A DNA stretch of 62,353 bases, filler included, from Caldilineae bacterium (GCA_037446815.1; 7 parts of 7 records of this genome joined end to end with filler, not necessarily neighbours in it); one strand, 5' to 3'. Numbered from the whole stretch's first letter, positions 16,109 to 26,585 are shown. The notes: generated from the sequence alone by a model not told the origin. A program made the numbers and translations.

Positions 16109-17794
16109 TTACGGGAGCGTAATCTCCCACACCCCCTTGCGCTGCCAAGCGGCGTAGTGCCCGTCGTCATCCAACGCGCTGGCGTAGATGTACCGCCAGC
16201 CGGCGAAGGCGGGCTTGAACCGCAGCGCCCAGTCGGACACCAGCGTATCGGCCGTGCCCACCGCCGTGCACGCGGCCATATCCACAACCACGCGGCTGTT
16301 CTCTATCGTATTCGGCGAACCGGGCGCATAGCCGCCCAGCCACGCCGTGTTGGCGTCATTGCGCAGGAAAATCTTGTTGAGATCGCGGTTGTACGCCAGG
16401 TAGACCACATCGCCGCCGACGCTGGGCGTCTGCCCCACCAGCAGGTACACGATCCGCAAGTTGTCCAGGCCGTCGGGATCGCCGAACTGGGTGGTGAGGT
16501 GCGCCGTCGCTCCCGCCGCGCTCGTACCTGACGGCGGATTCACCGCGCCCACGCATGGCGGGTGTCCCGCCGTCCCCACGCCCCACGCGCCGATGTTCTG
16601 CCAGCCGGAATGCAGCCCGCTGTAGTCCACGCCGACGACGTACAGGCCGTACACGCCCCCCGCGAACGGCGCCTTGAACGTAATCTTCCAGCGCACCACC
16701 AGTCGGCCATCCACATCGGCGGCGGACGATTCGCCGACGTGCAATGTGGCGCGGGTGGTGTTCAGGTCGCCACCCACGCCCGGCGCCCCGCCCACAATCC
16801 ACGCCGTGCCCGCATCGTTGCGGATGCTCATCTTGTTCACCTGGCGGTTGTAGGCAACGCCCACGCCATTGGTGTACGACGGCGCGGCGTTGATGATGAA
16901 GTACACCAGTTTCAGATCCGCGATGCCGTCGGGATCCTCCACGACGGTGATGAGTTCCACCTTCTCGCCGGGGTCGCTTCGGCCGCACCACACGTCAAAC
17001 CCGGGCACCTGGGGCGCGCGGTTGGGGATGCGCGTAGCGGTCGGCGCGGGCGTGCGGGTGCGAGTCGGCGTGCGCGTCGGCGTCTGGGTGGGCGTCGGCG
17101 ACAGCGTGGGGCTGGGCGTGGCTGTCATCGCTGGCCCGCGAATGTCGGTACAGGTCCAGTCGTCGTCCACGGGCGTGTCGGGATCGTCCGTCGGCTCGTC
17201 GCCCACGCACGGCCCCGACGCGCACCGCACGGATACCAGGCCCACGTTGCAGATGCGCTCCGGGCCCACCTGCACCAAGACGCGGAACCGCACGGTAACC
17301 GCGCCGCCAGGGGCGATGCTGCCGGTAACGATGATGGGAATCTCGCTCACCACGGCGCCCGCGGGCGAAACGCTCACGCTGCCTGCCACAAGGGTCGTCC
17401 CTGCGGGCGCCTGATCGGTGAACGTGAAAACGGCGGACGCGGAAAGGTTGGACTGAATCAGGACGACGTATTCCACCGTGTCGCCCGGGGAGACCTGCCC
17501 ATCGCGGGCCAGGTCATCCACGAGCACGTCCACCTTCCACACGCAGAGCGGCTCGGCGCAGGCCGGCGGCCACGGGGTCGCGGTCGGCGTGGGCGTTTCC
17601 GTCGGGCCGGGCGTCAGCGTCGGCGTCGGGGTATCCCCGGGCGCGGCGGTCTCGGTGGGCGTCTCGGTAATCCCCGCGAGGGATGGCGGCGCGGCATCGG
17701 TCTGGGGCGGCGACGAGAAGGCCAGAATCCCCACAGCGAGCAGTACCAGGGCCATCACCAACAGGGGCATCGCGCTGCCACGTTCGCGCTGCAT
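16109..17794 (-). CDS. secreted or surface protein: PT-rich linkers, DUF11-like domain and two repeated C-terminal beta domains
   Basis: AGGAGG SD; signal peptide; (PT)n linkers; VSPGDTVEYVV..FTDQAPAGTTLVAGS; two repeats of about 130 aa. Confidence 0.8.
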   Translation of the reverse strand: MQRERGSAMPLLVMALVLLAVGILAFSSPPQTDAAPPSLAGITETPTETAAPGDTPTPTLTPGPTETPTPTATPWPPACAEPLCVWKVDVLVDDLARDGQVSPGDTVEYVVLIQSNLSASAVFTFTDQAPAGTTLVAGSVSVSPAGAVVSEIPIIVTGSIAPGGAVTVRFRVLVQVGPERICNVGLVSVRCASGPCVGDEPTDDPDTPVDDDWTCTDIRGPAMTATPSPTLSPTPTQTPTRTPTRTRTPAPTATRIPNRAPQVPGFDVWCGRSDPGEKVELITVVEDPDGIADLKLVYFIINAAPSYTNGVGVAYNRQVNKMSIRNDAGTAWIVGGAPGVGGDLNTTRATLHVGESSAADVDGRLVVRWKITFKAPFAGGVYGLYVVGVDYSGLHSGWQNIGAWGVGTAGHPPCVGAVNPPSGTSAAGATAHLTTQFGDPDGLDNLRIVYLLVGQTPSVGGDVVYLAYNRDLNKIFLRNDANTAWLGGYAPGSPNTIENSRVVVDMAACTAVGTADTLVSDWALRFKPAFAGWRYIYASALDDDGHYAAWQRKGVWEITLP

Positions 17795-17934
17795 GGCATT
17801 CCTCCTTGCTTGTGTAACGCAGAACCCGACGGGCGGGTTCGCACCGAGCACGGGGACAAGGATAGCACCTCTTTGGGCAGGCGTCAATGGCGACTTGGGC
17901 GAGTACATTCGGTTTGGGGAATGCCTGGATAAGA

Positions 17935-17961
17935 GTAGGGCAAGTTGCCAACTTGCCCTAC
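17935..17961. repeat. GTAG-type REP palindrome
   Basis: GTAGGGCAAGTTGCCAACTTGCCCTAC; relatives at about 4566, 35945, 39768 and 39844. Confidence 0.8.
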
Positions 17962-18061
17962 NNNNNNNNNNNNNNNNNNNNNNNNNNNNNNNNNNNNNNN
18001 NNNNNTTAATTAATTAANNNNNNNNNNNNNNNNNNNNNNNNNNNNNNNNNNNNNNNNNNNN
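17962..18061. other. artificial contig linker
   Basis: N44-TTAATTAATTAA-N44. Confidence 0.98.
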
Positions 18062-18068
18062 GCGGCGC

Positions 18069-19064
18069 ATGTGGAACGTCATCGGGCACGAGTGGGCCAT
18101 CCGCCTCCTGTCCGGCAGCCTTGCGGACGGGCGGCTGTCCCATGCGTACCTGTTCACCGGGCCGCCGGGCGTTGGCAAAACGACGCTCGCGCTGAACTTC
18201 GCGCAGGCCATTGTGTGCGAGGGCAGCCAGCCGCCCTGCCAGACGTGCGGCCCTTGCCAGAAGGTAGCCCGGCTCACCCACCCCGACGTGCGGCTGGTGG
18301 AGGCCGACGGCGCCACGTTCAAGATCGGCCAGGTGCGCGAACTGGAGCGGGAAGCCGCCCTCGCGCCCCATTCGGCCCGGCGCCGCGTGTACATCCTGGC
18401 CGAGACCGAGCGCATGTCCAGGGAGGCCGCCAACGCGCTCCTCAAGACGCTGGAAGAGCCGCCGGAGCCGGTGGTGCTGATTCTGCTGGCCAGCGACGCC
18501 GCCCTCCTCCCGCCGACGATCGTATCGCGCTGCCAGTGCCTGGACCTGCGACCGGTGCCGCTGCGCGAACTGGCGCAGGCCCTGGTACAACGCGAGGGCG
18601 CCGACCCCGCGCAGGCCGAACTCCTGGCGCGGGTCAGCGGTGGCCGGCCCGGCTGGGCCATCGCGGCCCTGCGAGACCCTGCGCTCATGGCGTCGCGCAA
18701 CCGGCACCTGGCCGAACTCCAGCGCCTGCTCACGTGCGACCTGGTGGAGCGGTGGGAGTGGGTCGCCAAAGCCCCCGGCGACAGACACGCGCTGCGCGAG
18801 GTCCTGGACACCTGGATCGCCTGGTGGCGGGACGTGCTGCTGGTGGCCGCGGGGCAGTCGGACAAGATCGCCAACCTGGACCGGCGCGATGCGCTGGAGG
18901 CGGTGGCGTCCTGGTGTTCGGCCGACGCTGCCCGAGCGTTCCTCGCACAGGCGCTGCGCACGGTGCAGAGCCTGGCGCAGAATGTCAACACCAGGCTTGC
19001 GCTGGAGGTGCTGACCATGGACATGCCCACAGCGCCTTCGCGCGAGCAATACGAGAGGGTGTGA
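18069..19064 (+). CDS. holB: DNA polymerase III subunit delta'
   Basis: HAYLFTGPPGVGKT, Zn-binding cysteines, HPDV, AANALLKTLEEPP, TIVSRC. Confidence 0.95.
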   Translation: MWNVIGHEWAIRLLSGSLADGRLSHAYLFTGPPGVGKTTLALNFAQAIVCEGSQPPCQTCGPCQKVARLTHPDVRLVEADGATFKIGQVRELEREAALAPHSARRRVYILAETERMSREAANALLKTLEEPPEPVVLILLASDAALLPPTIVSRCQCLDLRPVPLRELAQALVQREGADPAQAELLARVSGGRPGWAIAALRDPALMASRNRHLAELQRLLTCDLVERWEWVAKAPGDRHALREVLDTWIAWWRDVLLVAAGQSDKIANLDRRDALEAVASWCSADAARAFLAQALRTVQSLAQNVNTRLALEVLTMDMPTAPSREQYERV

Positions 19065-19090
19065 ACCGAATCTGTTCACGATAGGAGCCT

Positions 19091-19969
19091 ATGCCGAAAG
19101 TTGTAGGAATTCGCTTCAAACCGGCGACGAAAATCTATTACTTTGACCCGCAAGACCACGACCTGAAGGCCGGCGACTTCGTCATCGTGGAGACCAGTCG
19201 CGGCAAGGAGATTGGCCGCGTCGTCATCCCGCCGACGGAGGTGCCCGAGAGCGAGGTGGTGGGCCAACTCAAGCCCATTGAGCGCGTGGCGACCGCGTGG
19301 GACACCATGCAAATGCACCAGCGGCAGTCCGAGGAGCCGAAACTCCTCGCCCAGTGCCGCGCGAAGGTCGCCGAGTCTCGCCTGCCCATGAAAGTCATCC
19401 GCGCCGAGCAGAGTTTTGACGGCTCCCGCATCACGTTCTACTTCACCGCGGAGCAGCGGGTGGACTTCCGCCAACTGGTCAAGGACCTGGCGAAGATGTT
19501 CAAGGCGCGGATAGAACTGCGACAGGTGGGCGTTCGCGACGACGCCAAACTCCTCGGCGGCATCGGCATGTGTGGCCGAACCCTGTGCTGCGCCACGTTC
19601 CTCTCGGAGTTCCACCAAGTCGCCATCAAGATGGCCAAGCAGCAGGACCTCCCCCTCAGCCCCAATGAGATTTCGGGCGTCTGCGGGCGGCTCCTGTGCT
19701 GCCTCGCCTACGAATACGAGACCTATGTGGAACTGCGCAAGAACCTGCCCAAGAGGAACGAAATCGTGCAGACGCCCTACGGCCAGGGCAAGGTCATAGA
19801 GGTGCACCCGCTGCAGGAGCGGGTCGTCGTGCTCTTTGAGGACGGCGACACGAAGAGCGTAACCGCGGCGGAGTTGGGCCTGCGGCGCGGCGGGCCCCAG
19901 TCATCCCAGCCGGACGACTTGGACGAGGAGCCGGAGGACGAGGGCGAAGAAGACTGGCCCGCCGATTAG
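19091..19969 (+). CDS. ricT: PSP1-domain protein (RicT/YaaT family)
   Basis: RVDFRQLVKDL, RIELRQVGVRD, GMCGRTLCC, KMAKQQ, SGVCGRLLCCLAYE. Confidence 0.9.
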   Translation: MPKVVGIRFKPATKIYYFDPQDHDLKAGDFVIVETSRGKEIGRVVIPPTEVPESEVVGQLKPIERVATAWDTMQMHQRQSEEPKLLAQCRAKVAESRLPMKVIRAEQSFDGSRITFYFTAEQRVDFRQLVKDLAKMFKARIELRQVGVRDDAKLLGGIGMCGRTLCCATFLSEFHQVAIKMAKQQDLPLSPNEISGVCGRLLCCLAYEYETYVELRKNLPKRNEIVQTPYGQGKVIEVHPLQERVVVLFEDGDTKSVTAAELGLRRGGPQSSQPDDLDEEPEDEGEEDWPAD

Positions 19970-20811
19970 CCGGCCGATCGCGTGTCGTGCAAGGCCCTGC
20001 GGCGTTCGTCCAGGGCCAAGATGACCTCCTCGGGCACATCCACAGAGCCGATGTCTATCCCCGGGGACACGCGCGGGCCGTGGTAGTCGGACCCGCCCGT
20101 AACGATTAGCCCATGCCGCGCGGCGATGGCGGCGATCTGCGCCGACACTTCTGGCGTATAGCCCGTGTAGTACGCCTCCAGTCCGTCCAGGCCCTCCTCC
20201 GCCAGCCAACTGACGACATCCAGAATATCCAGCGGATGGGCGAGGACGGCCACGCCGCCCGCTTGGTGGATGAGGGCAATGGCCTCCGCGGGCGCGAGTT
20301 TGAACCGCGGGACATAGGCCGGGCCGCCGCGAAACAGGTACCGCTCAAAGGCCTCGGCCACGCTCTCCACGTACCCGCGGGCAACCAGTGCCCGGGCCAC
20401 GTGAGGCCGTCCCACACTCTCGCCCGCGGCGAAGGCCTCTACCTCCTCCCACGTGATGGGCATGCCCAGTCGCCGCAGCCTCTCCACCATGACGCGAGCA
20501 CGTTCGGCGCGCGATGCCCGGAACCGCGCCAGCATCTTCGCCAGGGGCGCTTCTGGACTCCAATCCACGAAATAGCCGAGGAGGTGAACTTCCCCCTCGG
20601 CCAACTCGCAAGAGATTTCCAGCGCCGGAATTACGCGCAGGGATACCAGCCGCGCGCGCTCAAGCGCCTCGGGAATCCCGGCCACCGTGTCATGATCGGC
20701 GATGGCGATGGTGTGCAGCCCCTTGGCCGCGGCCTGGCGCACGACCTCCCCGGGCGGGAACTCGCCGTCCGAGCAGAGCGTGTGCAGGTGGAGGTCAACG
20801 ACGGACGGCAT
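19966..20811 (-). CDS. PHP-domain phosphoesterase (TrpH/YciV-like)
   Basis: DLHLHTLCSDG, IADHDT, HLLGY, GRPH, VLAHP, TGGSDYHG. Confidence 0.93.
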   Translation of the reverse strand: MPSVVDLHLHTLCSDGEFPPGEVVRQAAAKGLHTIAIADHDTVAGIPEALERARLVSLRVIPALEISCELAEGEVHLLGYFVDWSPEAPLAKMLARFRASRAERARVMVERLRRLGMPITWEEVEAFAAGESVGRPHVARALVARGYVESVAEAFERYLFRGGPAYVPRFKLAPAEAIALIHQAGGVAVLAHPLDILDVVSWLAEEGLDGLEAYYTGYTPEVSAQIAAIAARHGLIVTGGSDYHGPRVSPGIDIGSVDVPEEVILALDERRRALHDTRSAG

Positions 20812-20821
20812 GGCTCACCCG

Positions 20822-21082
20822 CTAGCGAGGCTCCACCACCATCTTCAGCGCTGTTCGCTCCTGTCCCTCAATGTCCACCTCGGTGAACGCCGGGATACAG
20901 ATGATGTCCATTCCTTCCAGTGCCAGGTATCCTCTGGCGATAGCCACCGCTTTGATGGCCTGGTTTACGGCTCCAGCGCCAATGGCCTGCACCTCCGCGC
21001 GGCCAACTTCCCGGATCACCCCCGCAATGGCTCCCGCTACCGCAGTGGATCTGGACTTCGCCGAGACCTTGATGACTTCCAT
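20822..21082 (-). CDS. spoVS: stage V sporulation protein S family (Alba-like)
   Basis: MEVIKVSAKS..AVAGAIAG..QAIGAGAVNQAIKAVAIARG. Confidence 0.96.
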   Translation of the reverse strand: MEVIKVSAKSRSTAVAGAIAGVIREVGRAEVQAIGAGAVNQAIKAVAIARGYLALEGMDIICIPAFTEVDIEGQERTALKMVVEPR

Positions 21083-21202
21083 GAGTGTCGCCTCCTTCGC
21101 TACATCCCCGATGCTGAAGTGCCGGGCACTTCATCGTGCGGAGCCACCGAATTGTAAGACAGACCACGGAAACGTCCCAGCGCCCAGACATTCCCTACAC
21201 AT

Positions 21203-21231
21203 ATTGTACACGATAATTCGCACAAAATCAA
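21203..21231 (-). promoter_or_regulatory. sigma70-type promoter of spoVS
   Basis: minus strand TTGATT-17 bp-TACAAT. Confidence 0.55.
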
Positions 21232-21520
21232 TAGGCACTTTCCATAAAATTGCTCCGCACGGGGCGGGTACAACGTTGTAAACCCGCTTCACAGCGTGCC
21301 CGTGGCGCGGCGGCTTTGGCCCCGCGCGGGCGGGTAACATGCGACGCACGTTGCGCCCCCACGGATGACACGGATTGGGCCGATGGAATCGGAGGCGCGG
21401 GCACGGCCGCCCGAGGGGTGGGTCTCCGTAGGGGCTGGTCTCAGACCTGCCCCCACAGCGCTCCGCGGCCTCGCAACGACGTTTGCCAACACACCCTGAG
21501 CAATCCTGCAGCCGCGATGC

Positions 21521-21549
21521 TTGCCAAACCGAAAAAGTGCCGCTATAAT
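21521..21549 (+). promoter_or_regulatory. sigma70-type promoter
   Basis: TTGCCA-17 bp-TATAAT. Confidence 0.7.
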
Positions 21550-21654
21550 GCTGCACGCAAGGTTCCAGGGTTATCAGGCCGTGCTGTGGGGTGCCCCCGC
21601 GCGAAGGGCGCCGCTCCGCAACACAGCAAGGACGCGCTATCGGGATATTGAGCC

Positions 21655-23208
21655 ATGACCAGAGGACAAATCGCTCTGCTGGTTGCACTGGGCGCGACCG
21701 TGCTGGCCGTGTACGTTCTGCTCGGCTTGCTGGTAACGGGCCGTATCCCCATCGGCCTGCCGCCGGCCCCCACCGACATGCCCGCGCCCACCCCAACCCC
21801 CACCCCGGCGCCCGGCATGAGCCGTCAGAACCCCATGCCGTTTGGCGAGACCATCGCCACCGACAGTATGGAGATTCACATCCTGGAGGTGCATCGCCAC
21901 GCCAATGCCCTCATCTCGCCGCTCAACTCGCCGATTCCCGAGGGCCACGAGGTCGTCGTCGTCAACGTAGAGGTGCACAACCGAGGAACGCAAACCCTGA
22001 CGCTCAGCCCCGGCACGTTTCGCATGACGGGGGACAGGGCCATCCTCTACCAACGGCCCGCGCTGCTGCTGGATAACGAACTGCGCGGGGAACTGGCGCC
22101 TGGCGAAAGCCGCGCGGGCTACCTGGCCTTCGTCGTCGCCGATGGGGAAGACAACCTGGCGCTGGCGTTTCTCCCCTCGGGCAGCGTAGCCGACGAAGCG
22201 GCGCGGTGGCTTTGGGCCGACCCCGACCCGGACGCGCGGGCCTTTGCCATCCAGACGGTGGCCCCAACGGCCTCGCCCCGAACGGGGGGCAGCCGCCTCA
22301 ACCCGGCCCTCATGCGCCAGCCCGCCGTGGCCGATGACCAACTGGAGATCAGCGTCCTCGCCGTCCAGCGCGACGCCTGGCCCCTCATACGGGAGATGAG
22401 CCCGCTGAACCAGCCGCCGGAGCCGGACAAGGAATACGTCCTGGTGAGGCTTCGGGTGCGCTTCCTGGGGCAGATGGACCAACTCCTGTCGGTAAACTGG
22501 TGGGGCTTCCGCATGACCGGCGCCGACAACATCCTATACCCCAACCCGTCGCTCATCCTGCGCGATGAACTCAAGGGCGACCTGTTCCCGACGGGGACGC
22601 TGGAAGGGAACCTGGCGTTCCAGGTGCGGCGGGGTGAAGAGAACCTGATTCTCGTGTACGACCCATCGGGCGTGGGCGTGAAAATCGGGCGGGGCGTTCG
22701 CTGGTTCTGGGCCACGGAAACGCCCAACTTGGACCTGCACAAGATGCCGGTGCGAGCGTCGGCGGCACTGCCGGCCTCGGGCCGCTCGTCGGAGCAACCC
22801 GCGCCCATCGGCGTGCCGGTGCTGACCGACGGCCAGATAGAGATCACGGTGGAGGATGCTGTGCTGCTGCCGGATGACGCCAGCACGTGGGATCGGTGGA
22901 CCCTTGCCGTGCCCGAACCGGGACGGCACTACGTGGTCGTTACCGTAGCCGTGCGAAACCTTGCGCCGGAGGAACGCCCGCAGGCGATTCCGTGGCAAGG
23001 GTTCCTCCTGCACGAGCCGGCCGGGGCCTCGGTGTACAAGCCCACCGTGCTGGGGGGCACGGAACTTGAAGGGGAAGCCTTCACCGGCGCAACGCTGCGG
23101 GCCTATCTGGTGTTCCAGGTCGCGAGCGGCCAGCGGTTCCTCCTGTCCTACGACCCGGCGGGGCTGGGCAACGCGTCGCTGTACCGCTGGTTCCTGATAA
23201 CGCCGTAG
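21655..23208 (+). CDS. membrane-anchored protein with three DUF4352-like Ig domains
   Basis: N-terminal TM helix and PT linker; three repeats of (Y/V)V.V.V.V.N..F....L.G(E/D)...G....G.L.F.V. Confidence 0.75.
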   Translation: MTRGQIALLVALGATVLAVYVLLGLLVTGRIPIGLPPAPTDMPAPTPTPTPAPGMSRQNPMPFGETIATDSMEIHILEVHRHANALISPLNSPIPEGHEVVVVNVEVHNRGTQTLTLSPGTFRMTGDRAILYQRPALLLDNELRGELAPGESRAGYLAFVVADGEDNLALAFLPSGSVADEAARWLWADPDPDARAFAIQTVAPTASPRTGGSRLNPALMRQPAVADDQLEISVLAVQRDAWPLIREMSPLNQPPEPDKEYVLVRLRVRFLGQMDQLLSVNWWGFRMTGADNILYPNPSLILRDELKGDLFPTGTLEGNLAFQVRRGEENLILVYDPSGVGVKIGRGVRWFWATETPNLDLHKMPVRASAALPASGRSSEQPAPIGVPVLTDGQIEITVEDAVLLPDDASTWDRWTLAVPEPGRHYVVVTVAVRNLAPEERPQAIPWQGFLLHEPAGASVYKPTVLGGTELEGEAFTGATLRAYLVFQVASGQRFLLSYDPAGLGNASLYRWFLITP

Positions 23209-23229
23209 ATGGGCCGCGGCGGCCACGCC

Positions 23230-23265
23230 AAAAACAACGAGGCCCCTCCACGTGCGAGGGGCCTC
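23230..23265 (-). terminator. rho-independent terminator of groESL (possibly bidirectional)
   Basis: GAGGCCCCTC-7 nt-GAGGGGCCTC followed by a minus-strand GTTGTTTTT. Confidence 0.8.
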
Positions 23266-23284
23266 TGATTTGCCGACGGTCGGT

Positions 23285-24910
23285 TTAGTACTCAGGCATC
23301 GGCGGGGTGCCGGCCTTCTCCTTCTCCGGCAGGTCCGTGATGAGGGCCTCCGTCGTCAGGATCATGGCCGCGATGCTGGCGGCGTTCTCCACGGCCGAGC
23401 GGGTAACCTTGGCTGGGTCAATGATGCCCTTGGCCACCATGTCGCCGTAGTCATTGGCCAGCACATCGTAGCCGATGTTGGGGTTGCCCTGCTCCTTCTG
23501 GAGGCGGCGGACGGTATCCAGGACGACGGCGCCGTCCATGCCGGCATTCTCAACGATGCGGCGCAGCGGCTCTTCCAGCGCGCGGCGTACAATGTTGACG
23601 CCGGTCAGCACATCGCCGGTCGCCTCCACCTTGTCCAGCGCCGGGATGGCGTTGATGAGCGCCACACCACCGCCCGGGACGATGCCCTCTTCCACCGCAG
23701 CGCGGGTCGCGGACAGGGCGTCCTCCACGCGGTGCTTCTTCTCCTTCAGTTCAACCTCGGTGGCCGCGCCAACGCGAATGATAGCGACGCCACCCGCCAA
23801 CTTGGCAAGCCGCTCCTGCAATTTCTCCTTGTCGTAGTCCGACGTGGAGATTTCAATCTCGGCCTTGATCTGGTCAATGCGGCCCTTGATCTTCGCCGGG
23901 TCGCCCTTGCCGCCGATGATGGTGGTGTCCTCCTTGGTGGCAACGACGCGGTCCGCGCGGCCCAGGTCGGCGATGGTAACGGACTCCAACTTGCGGCCCA
24001 CTTCCTCGCTGATGACCGTGCCGTTGGTCAGGATGGCGATGTCCTGGAGCATGGCCTTGCGGCGATCACCGAAGCCAGGGGCCTTGATGGCGATGCAGTT
24101 GATCATGCCCCGCAGTTTGTTAAGCACGAGCGTGGCCAGCGCTTCGCCGTCCACATCCTCGGCGATGACGAGCACCTCGCGCTTGCCCACCTGGACCAGT
24201 TTCTCCAGCACGGGCACGATGTCGGTCGCCGCCGAAATCTTCTTGTCCGTAATCAGGATGTAGGGGTCTTCCAGGACGGCCTCCATCCGCTCGGGGTTGG
24301 TGATGAAGTAGGGCGAGATGTAGCCGCGGTCCAACTGCATGCCCTCTACGTACTCTTTCTCAAACTCCAGCCCCTTGGATTCCTCTACGGTGATGACGCC
24401 GTCCTTGCCGACCTTGTCCATGACCTCGGCGATGAGTTCGCCGATGACCTTGTCGGCGGCGGAGATGGCAGCCACGTTGGCGATGTCTTCCTTGTTCTTG
24501 ACTTCCTTGGCCTCGGCCTTGATGGCCTCCACGACGGCGGAGGTGGCCAACTCAATGCCGCGCTTGATGAGCATCGGGTTGGCGCCGGCGGCCACGTTCT
24601 TGAGGCCCTCGGTAACGATGGTGTGGGCCAGCACGGTAGCGGTGGTGGTGCCGTCGCCGGCCACATCGTTGGTCTTGGTGGCGGCTTCCTTCAGCAGTTG
24701 CACGCCCATGTTCTGGAAGTGGTCTTCCAGTTCAATCTCTTTGGCAACGGTTACGCCGTCGTGGGTGATGGTGGGGGCGCCGAACTTCTTGTCCAGGGCC
24801 ACGTTGCGGCCCTTGGGGCCCAGGGTCGTGATGACGGCGTTCGCCAGGATGTCCATCCCGAGTTTCAGGTTGCGTCGCGCTTCCTCTGCGAAAACAAGTT
24901 GTTTAGCCAT
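23285..24910 (-). CDS. groL: chaperonin GroEL
   Basis: [42 protein letters not shown]. Confidence 0.99.
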   Translation of the reverse strand: MAKQLVFAEEARRNLKLGMDILANAVITTLGPKGRNVALDKKFGAPTITHDGVTVAKEIELEDHFQNMGVQLLKEAATKTNDVAGDGTTTATVLAHTIVTEGLKNVAAGANPMLIKRGIELATSAVVEAIKAEAKEVKNKEDIANVAAISAADKVIGELIAEVMDKVGKDGVITVEESKGLEFEKEYVEGMQLDRGYISPYFITNPERMEAVLEDPYILITDKKISAATDIVPVLEKLVQVGKREVLVIAEDVDGEALATLVLNKLRGMINCIAIKAPGFGDRRKAMLQDIAILTNGTVISEEVGRKLESVTIADLGRADRVVATKEDTTIIGGKGDPAKIKGRIDQIKAEIEISTSDYDKEKLQERLAKLAGGVAIIRVGAATEVELKEKKHRVEDALSATRAAVEEGIVPGGGVALINAIPALDKVEATGDVLTGVNIVRRALEEPLRRIVENAGMDGAVVLDTVRRLQKEQGNPNIGYDVLANDYGDMVAKGIIDPAKVTRSAVENAASIAAMILTTEALITDLPEKEKAGTPPMPEY

Positions 24911-24952
24911 TCCTTACTGCCTCCTTCATGGGGTTATGGTCTGTTTGGATGG

Positions 24953-25249
24953 TTATTCCTCAAAAACGGCCAGGATGTCGCTTTCCTTGAGAATCAGCAG
25001 TTTCTTGTCGTTGACTTTGACCTCGGTGCCGGCGTACTTGGCGTACAGGACCTTGTCGCCCACCTTCACGTCCATGGGGATGCGCTCGTCCTCTTCGCCA
25101 TAGCGGCCCGGGCCAACGGCGATGACGACGCCCTTCTGGGGCTTTTCCTTGGCGGTCTCGGGAAGGATGATGCCGCCCGCCGACTTCTCTTCTTGCTCAA
25201 TGGGTTCCACGACAACACGATCTGCAAGGGGTTTGAGTTTGACTGTCAT
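24953..25249 (-). CDS. groS: co-chaperonin GroES
   Basis: [29 protein letters not shown]. Confidence 0.99.
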   Translation of the reverse strand: MTVKLKPLADRVVVEPIEQEEKSAGGIILPETAKEKPQKGVVIAVGPGRYGEEDERIPMDVKVGDKVLYAKYAGTEVKVNDKKLLILKESDILAVFEE

Positions 25250-25329
25250 TGCTGTTCCTCCTCACTGAGATTATGGATTTGCGAGCATTGGTGGCGCGAA
25301 CGTGGCGGGTTCTGGACACCAGAACCGCG

Positions 25330-25356
25330 TTAGCACTCTTGCGCCGAGAGTGCTAA
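25330..25356. promoter_or_regulatory. CIRCE element (HrcA operator)
   Basis: perfect TTAGCACTC-N9-GAGTGCTAA upstream of groES. Confidence 0.97.
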
Positions 25357-25365
25357 CGCGGCCCT

Positions 25366-25394
25366 ATCATACACAAGATGCCCGAAAACTGCAA
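25366..25394 (-). promoter_or_regulatory. groESL promoter
   Basis: minus strand TTGCAG-17 bp-TATGAT immediately upstream of CIRCE. Confidence 0.75.
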
Positions 25395-25472
25395 ATTCGC
25401 GTCTACGGCCGTAGAATCGGCGATTTCGCCGATTTCAGCAAAATTCGCATCTGTTCTCGCGAATGCGCATGC

Positions 25473-26585
25473 TTACTTCTCCGGACACATCCGCAGGCCT
25501 TCCAGCGCGGGTTGGGAGGACGGGTTGACCTCCAGCGCCTTTTGCAGCCACGGGCGCGCCTCGTCGCACCGATCCAGGTAGGCGTAGGAAAGGCCAATCT
25601 CGTACAGAATCTCCTCCGTCTCCCACCCCAATTCCACCGCCTTCTGCAGGCTCTCTATCGCGCTCTCGTAGTTGCGTAGCACGTAGTAGGTGATGCCCAG
25701 ATGGGCGTGGGCGCTGCCGAACTCCGGGTCCGCCTGGATTGCGGACAGGAATTCCGGGACCGCGCGGTCGTAGTCCTGCAGGTAAAAGTAAGTCCAGCCG
25801 ATTTGGTCGTAGGCCTCGGCGTTGTCGGGGTCCATGGACACGGCCTTCTCCAGCGTCGCGATGGCCCCATCGTAGTCGGCCAGGGCGCGCATGTTGCGTG
25901 CCGCGTCCACGTACAGGTAACTCAGCCGCGGGTGCAGGTCAATAGCGCGGTTGTAACTCTCCAAGGCCCCGCGGTAATCACCCTGGGCCTCCAGCACGTA
26001 GGCGTAGTTGCGCCAAGCGTCCACGTTGGCATCGCTCAGGTCCAGCGCCTGATTGGCCTCGTCCTCGGCCTGCCGCCAGAACCCCTTGTCAGCGTAGACT
26101 TCGGCCAGGTAGGCGTGGGTTTCGGGGATGTTGGGCCCCAGACGCACGGCCTTGAGCGCGGCGTCCAGCGCCTGATCGTACTGCCCCATCCAGTCGTACA
26201 CGCGGGCCAGGGTGGCCTGGGCCAGCGGGTCATCGGGCTTGAGGGTGGCCGCCCGCTGCGCGAACTGCAACGCCTGGGCGAGTTTGTGGCGCATCATGAG
26301 CAGGCGCGCCGCGCGGACGAGCGGCTCCACGTTCTGGGGATCGCCCTCGGAGGCCTGGGTGTACGCAGCGATGGCCGCGGTGAGTTCGCCGTTCTGGTAG
26401 TGCTCCTCGGCCTCCGCGAGCCATTCGGCCGCGGGCTTCTGCGGCGTGGGCGTCGCGCTGGGCTGGGGGAGGATGGGCAACTCCGGGCGCTTGACGATGA
26501 GGTACGAGAAGAAGGCGATGAGAACCAGGTAGATTAGGATGCGCACCGGGGAAGAGCGCCGCCTCCGCCGAGGGCCCAGATACAT
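25473..26585 (-). CDS. membrane-anchored TPR-repeat protein
   Basis: N-terminal basic stretch and TM helix, then many TPR-like repeats. Confidence 0.88.
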   Translation of the reverse strand: MYLGPRRRRRSSPVRILIYLVLIAFFSYLIVKRPELPILPQPSATPTPQKPAAEWLAEAEEHYQNGELTAAIAAYTQASEGDPQNVEPLVRAARLLMMRHKLAQALQFAQRAATLKPDDPLAQATLARVYDWMGQYDQALDAALKAVRLGPNIPETHAYLAEVYADKGFWRQAEDEANQALDLSDANVDAWRNYAYVLEAQGDYRGALESYNRAIDLHPRLSYLYVDAARNMRALADYDGAIATLEKAVSMDPDNAEAYDQIGWTYFYLQDYDRAVPEFLSAIQADPEFGSAHAHLGITYYVLRNYESAIESLQKAVELGWETEEILYEIGLSYAYLDRCDEARPWLQKALEVNPSSQPALEGLRMCPEK

